A DNA stretch of 64,000 nt from Nitrospirota bacterium (lineage in GTDB: Bacteria > Nitrospirota > UBA9217), in the NCBI GenBank assembly GCA_963818475.1, contig CAWFSF010000002.1, positions 736,001 through 800,000 on the forward strand, read 5' to 3'. The notes under the pieces are model-generated. The model was not told the origin of the DNA, made no database searches, and worked only from the letters and a program-made list of their open reading frames with translations. Below, one piece after another: positions 61,678 through 64,000 of this stretch (position 1 is the stretch's first letter; the number at the start of each line of letters is the position of its first letter). The translations under genes were made by a program, and so were the position numbers.

Positions 61678-62694
61678 CTAAGGCGCAAACCTCCCGGGAA
61701 TTATTGTGCCGCACGCCGGGCACGTGCCGTTCTTGATCTTATTCTGCCTGACGTCGAATATATACCGCTCGATCAAAAGCTCGCCGCATCCATGGCACCA
61801 GGTATTCTCCCATCGATGGCCGGGCACGTTGCCGAGGTACACGTACCAGAGCCCCGCTTCTTTTCCCAAGGTCCTTGCTTTCTCCAGCGTGCGGATCGGC
61901 GTCGGCCGGATATCAAGCAGTTCATGATGAGGATGGAACCTCGTCACATGCCACGGCGTAGCAGGGCCGAGGCTGTTCTTGATCCATGCCGCGATGTCCC
62001 GGAGCTCCTTTTCATCATCGTTGTATGCCGGGATGATGTTCGTAACGACCTCCACATGCATCCCGAGCTTCTGCGCCTTTTCCGCGGCTTCAAGTATGCC
62101 CTTGAACTTCTGAATATTCCCGATCCTCAGGTACGTCCTGTCGGAAAACCCTTTGATGTCCACCCGGTAGACGTCGAGGTACGGGGCAATCATGTCGAGC
62201 GCCTCTTTCGTGATATACCCGTTCGTTACATAATTGGTACGGAGCCCTCGTGCTTGGGCGATTTTTGCCGAGTCGAGGGTATATTCGAACGAGAGCGCGG
62301 GCTCGTTGAATGTCCACGATATGCCGAGGCAGGCTGAATTTTTGGCCTGATCAACCGCGTTTTCCGGCGAGATGTATTCGGTGTCCATGGGCCCTTCTTT
62401 CCAGTGGGCAATGTCCCAGTTCTGGCAGCCCGGACACCGGAAGTTGCATCCCACGCTTCCGAGGGAAAGCCACCGCGAACCCGGATAGTAGTGGAAGACC
62501 GGCTTTTTTTCAATGGGGTTGATCGAGATCGACGAGACTTCGCCGTAGATCAGGCTGTACAGCACGCCGCTTTCATTTATCCGTGTTCGGCACCAGCCCG
62601 TCTTGCCTTCCGGGATGATGCATTCGCGCTGGCAGGTGTGGCACCTGATCGCATTATCGCGGAGTACGGTATATATATATGCTTCTTTTTTCAT
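61678..62694 (-). CDS. amrS: AmmeMemoRadiSam system radical SAM enzyme
   Basis: CHTCQREC, PIEKKPVFHY, GCNFRCPGCQNW, TFNEP, WHVTRFHP, YVYLGNV. Confidence 0.92.
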   Translation of the reverse strand: MKKEAYIYTVLRDNAIRCHTCQRECIIPEGKTGWCRTRINESGVLYSLIYGEVSSISINPIEKKPVFHYYPGSRWLSLGSVGCNFRCPGCQNWDIAHWKEGPMDTEYISPENAVDQAKNSACLGISWTFNEPALSFEYTLDSAKIAQARGLRTNYVTNGYITKEALDMIAPYLDVYRVDIKGFSDRTYLRIGNIQKFKGILEAAEKAQKLGMHVEVVTNIIPAYNDDEKELRDIAAWIKNSLGPATPWHVTRFHPHHELLDIRPTPIRTLEKARTLGKEAGLWYVYLGNVPGHRWENTWCHGCGELLIERYIFDVRQNKIKNGTCPACGTIIPGRFAP

Positions 62695-62793
62695 GTTCGT
62701 TGTAATGCGAATTGACCGCGAATATGAAATGAGGGTTTAAGAAGAACCAACCGGCCGGCATGTCCGGTATTTCCCTCAATATTTTGCTGATGA

Positions 62794-63096
62794 TCACTCC
62801 TTGTGCTGTCCAAGATAATCCAGTACAACGACAACGGCGTGTGCGCGCCTGTTAATCACGCCGAGAACATTGTCGAACTTCTCGATGGGATCGGTAAGAG
62901 AGGGGTCGATGAATTCCTCGGCTGCTTCTTCGACGGTCTTCAGGACTCGGAGCCCCTCGGGCGTCTTGCGCAGCGCATCCTTCCACGCATCCTTGGCCAG
63001 GAGCAATGACCCCAGCAGCATTTTCCTGATCTGCTCCGCCTTGATTTCGAGGAACATGAACCGGTCATCCTGCATCGTATCGTGATAATTCCTCAC
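62794..63096 (-). CDS. Hypothetical protein
   Basis: AGGAG RBS, GTG start, plausible helical protein. Confidence 0.6.
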   Translation of the reverse strand: MRNYHDTMQDDRFMFLEIKAEQIRKMLLGSLLLAKDAWKDALRKTPEGLRVLKTVEEAAEEFIDPSLTDPIEKFDNVLGVINRRAHAVVVVLDYLGQHKE

Positions 63097-63397
63097 CTGC
63101 GCTGTCTCCTGTCTTTGCGGGGTTTAGTGAAGCAGGTGGACATTTCTAATTTTACATTCGTAAGTGAGATGGTCAATGATTTCGTATGGCACAAGCTGCA
63201 CTCTGCCATGAGCCTCCGCTCTCCAGCACAGCATCGGAGCAGATACGTTTAAAGTCCGTCGAATTGAAGCAGTCTATGAATAGATTGTACCACTGGAAGG
63301 AAGGGGGCGAAGCACTGAAGCATTACACCAATGTAATTGCGACTAAAAGTCTTATTCAAGCTCATCCTGATTTAATTGCTTTGAATTGCGGCCTTCT

Positions 63398-63426
63398 TTG
63401 ACAACGCACATATCCGTTGTTATAGT
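63398..63426 (+). promoter_or_regulatory. Sigma70 promoter of cooS with internal inverted repeat
   Basis: TTGACA-17 nt-TATAGT; ACAACG-N8-CGTTGT at 63401-63420. Confidence 0.75.
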
Positions 63427-63502
63427 TGTTATATGAACAATGCGTGATAACCATCAACTGGGGATGTTTTTTTTAGACGTTCAACATGAGGAGGCAGCTA
63501 TC

Positions 63503-64000
63503 ATGGATCAATACCAGGAATTTTCCATCGCGCCCGATGCGCAATCAATGCTGAAAAAGGCCCATGACGACGGCGTGGTGACCGCCTGGGACCGGGCCAG
63601 ATTGCAACAACCGCAGTGCCAGTTCTGTAAATCAGGGTTGTCATGCCGTGTATGCGCCATGGGTCCCTGCCGGATCGATCCCCACGGTAAAGGCGCGCAT
63701 TACGGCGTATGCGGAGCTGACGCCGATATCATTGCGGCGAGAAACCTGTCACGGATGGTTGCGGCCGGTTCCGCGTCCCATTCGGATCACGCCCGCGAGC
63801 TTGTCGAGGTGCTGTATAGCGTGGGCAAAGGCAAGGCAGCGGGATATGAGATAAAAGACCCGGAAAAGCTGAAGAGGGTAGCTACTGAATACGGCATTGC
63901 GATCAACGGTCTCAGCGACAAGGAGCTCGCGGTCAAGCTGGCGGAATCAATGATGGAAGATTTCGGGATGAAAAAAGGACGGGTGACCTTTGTCAGCAGG
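63503..64000 (+). CDS. cooS: Anaerobic Ni,Fe CO dehydrogenase catalytic subunit, 5' part
   Basis: Hand-translated: TAWDRARLQQPQCQFCKSGLSCRVCAMGPCRI..GVCGADADIIAARN..AGSASHSDHARE; GAGGAGG RBS. Confidence 0.93.
   Translation, partial: MDQYQEFSIAPDAQSMLKKAHDDGVVTAWDRARLQQPQCQFCKSGLSCRVCAMGPCRIDPHGKGAHYGVCGADADIIAARNLSRMVAAGSASHSDHARELVEVLYSVGKGKAAGYEIKDPEKLKRVATEYGIAINGLSDKELAVKLAESMMEDFGMKKGRVTFVSR

Overview
Bacterial chromosomal window from an anaerobe with gene content typical of Nitrospirota/Desulfobacterota (taxonomy inferred from gene content only). From left to right: (1) an AT-rich island end with MerR-type HTH and radical SAM genes, plus a complete IS110/IS1111-family element; (2) htpG and housekeeping genes, tRNA-Gln(CTG) and tRNA-Glu(CTC); (3) a sigma54/IHF-driven, compact OmcE-like tetraheme cytochrome followed by an NHL lipoprotein, a nonaheme cytochrome and a TPR protein; (4) rtcA and neighbours, and an unusual YkuD (ElsL-like) + Mur-ligase fusion; (5) a USP/TauE/sigma54 two-component cluster full of small indels, probably assembly errors; (6) a GxxExxY gene associated with a dispersed family of palindromes; (7) two c-di-GMP-I riboswitches, each ahead of a CBS-domain gene; (8) an integrase-less attC cassette cluster at about 53.6-59.5 kb; (9) amrS and the 5' part of cooS with a CxxC D-cluster motif. 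All family assignments come from motif recognition by eye; no database searches were run.
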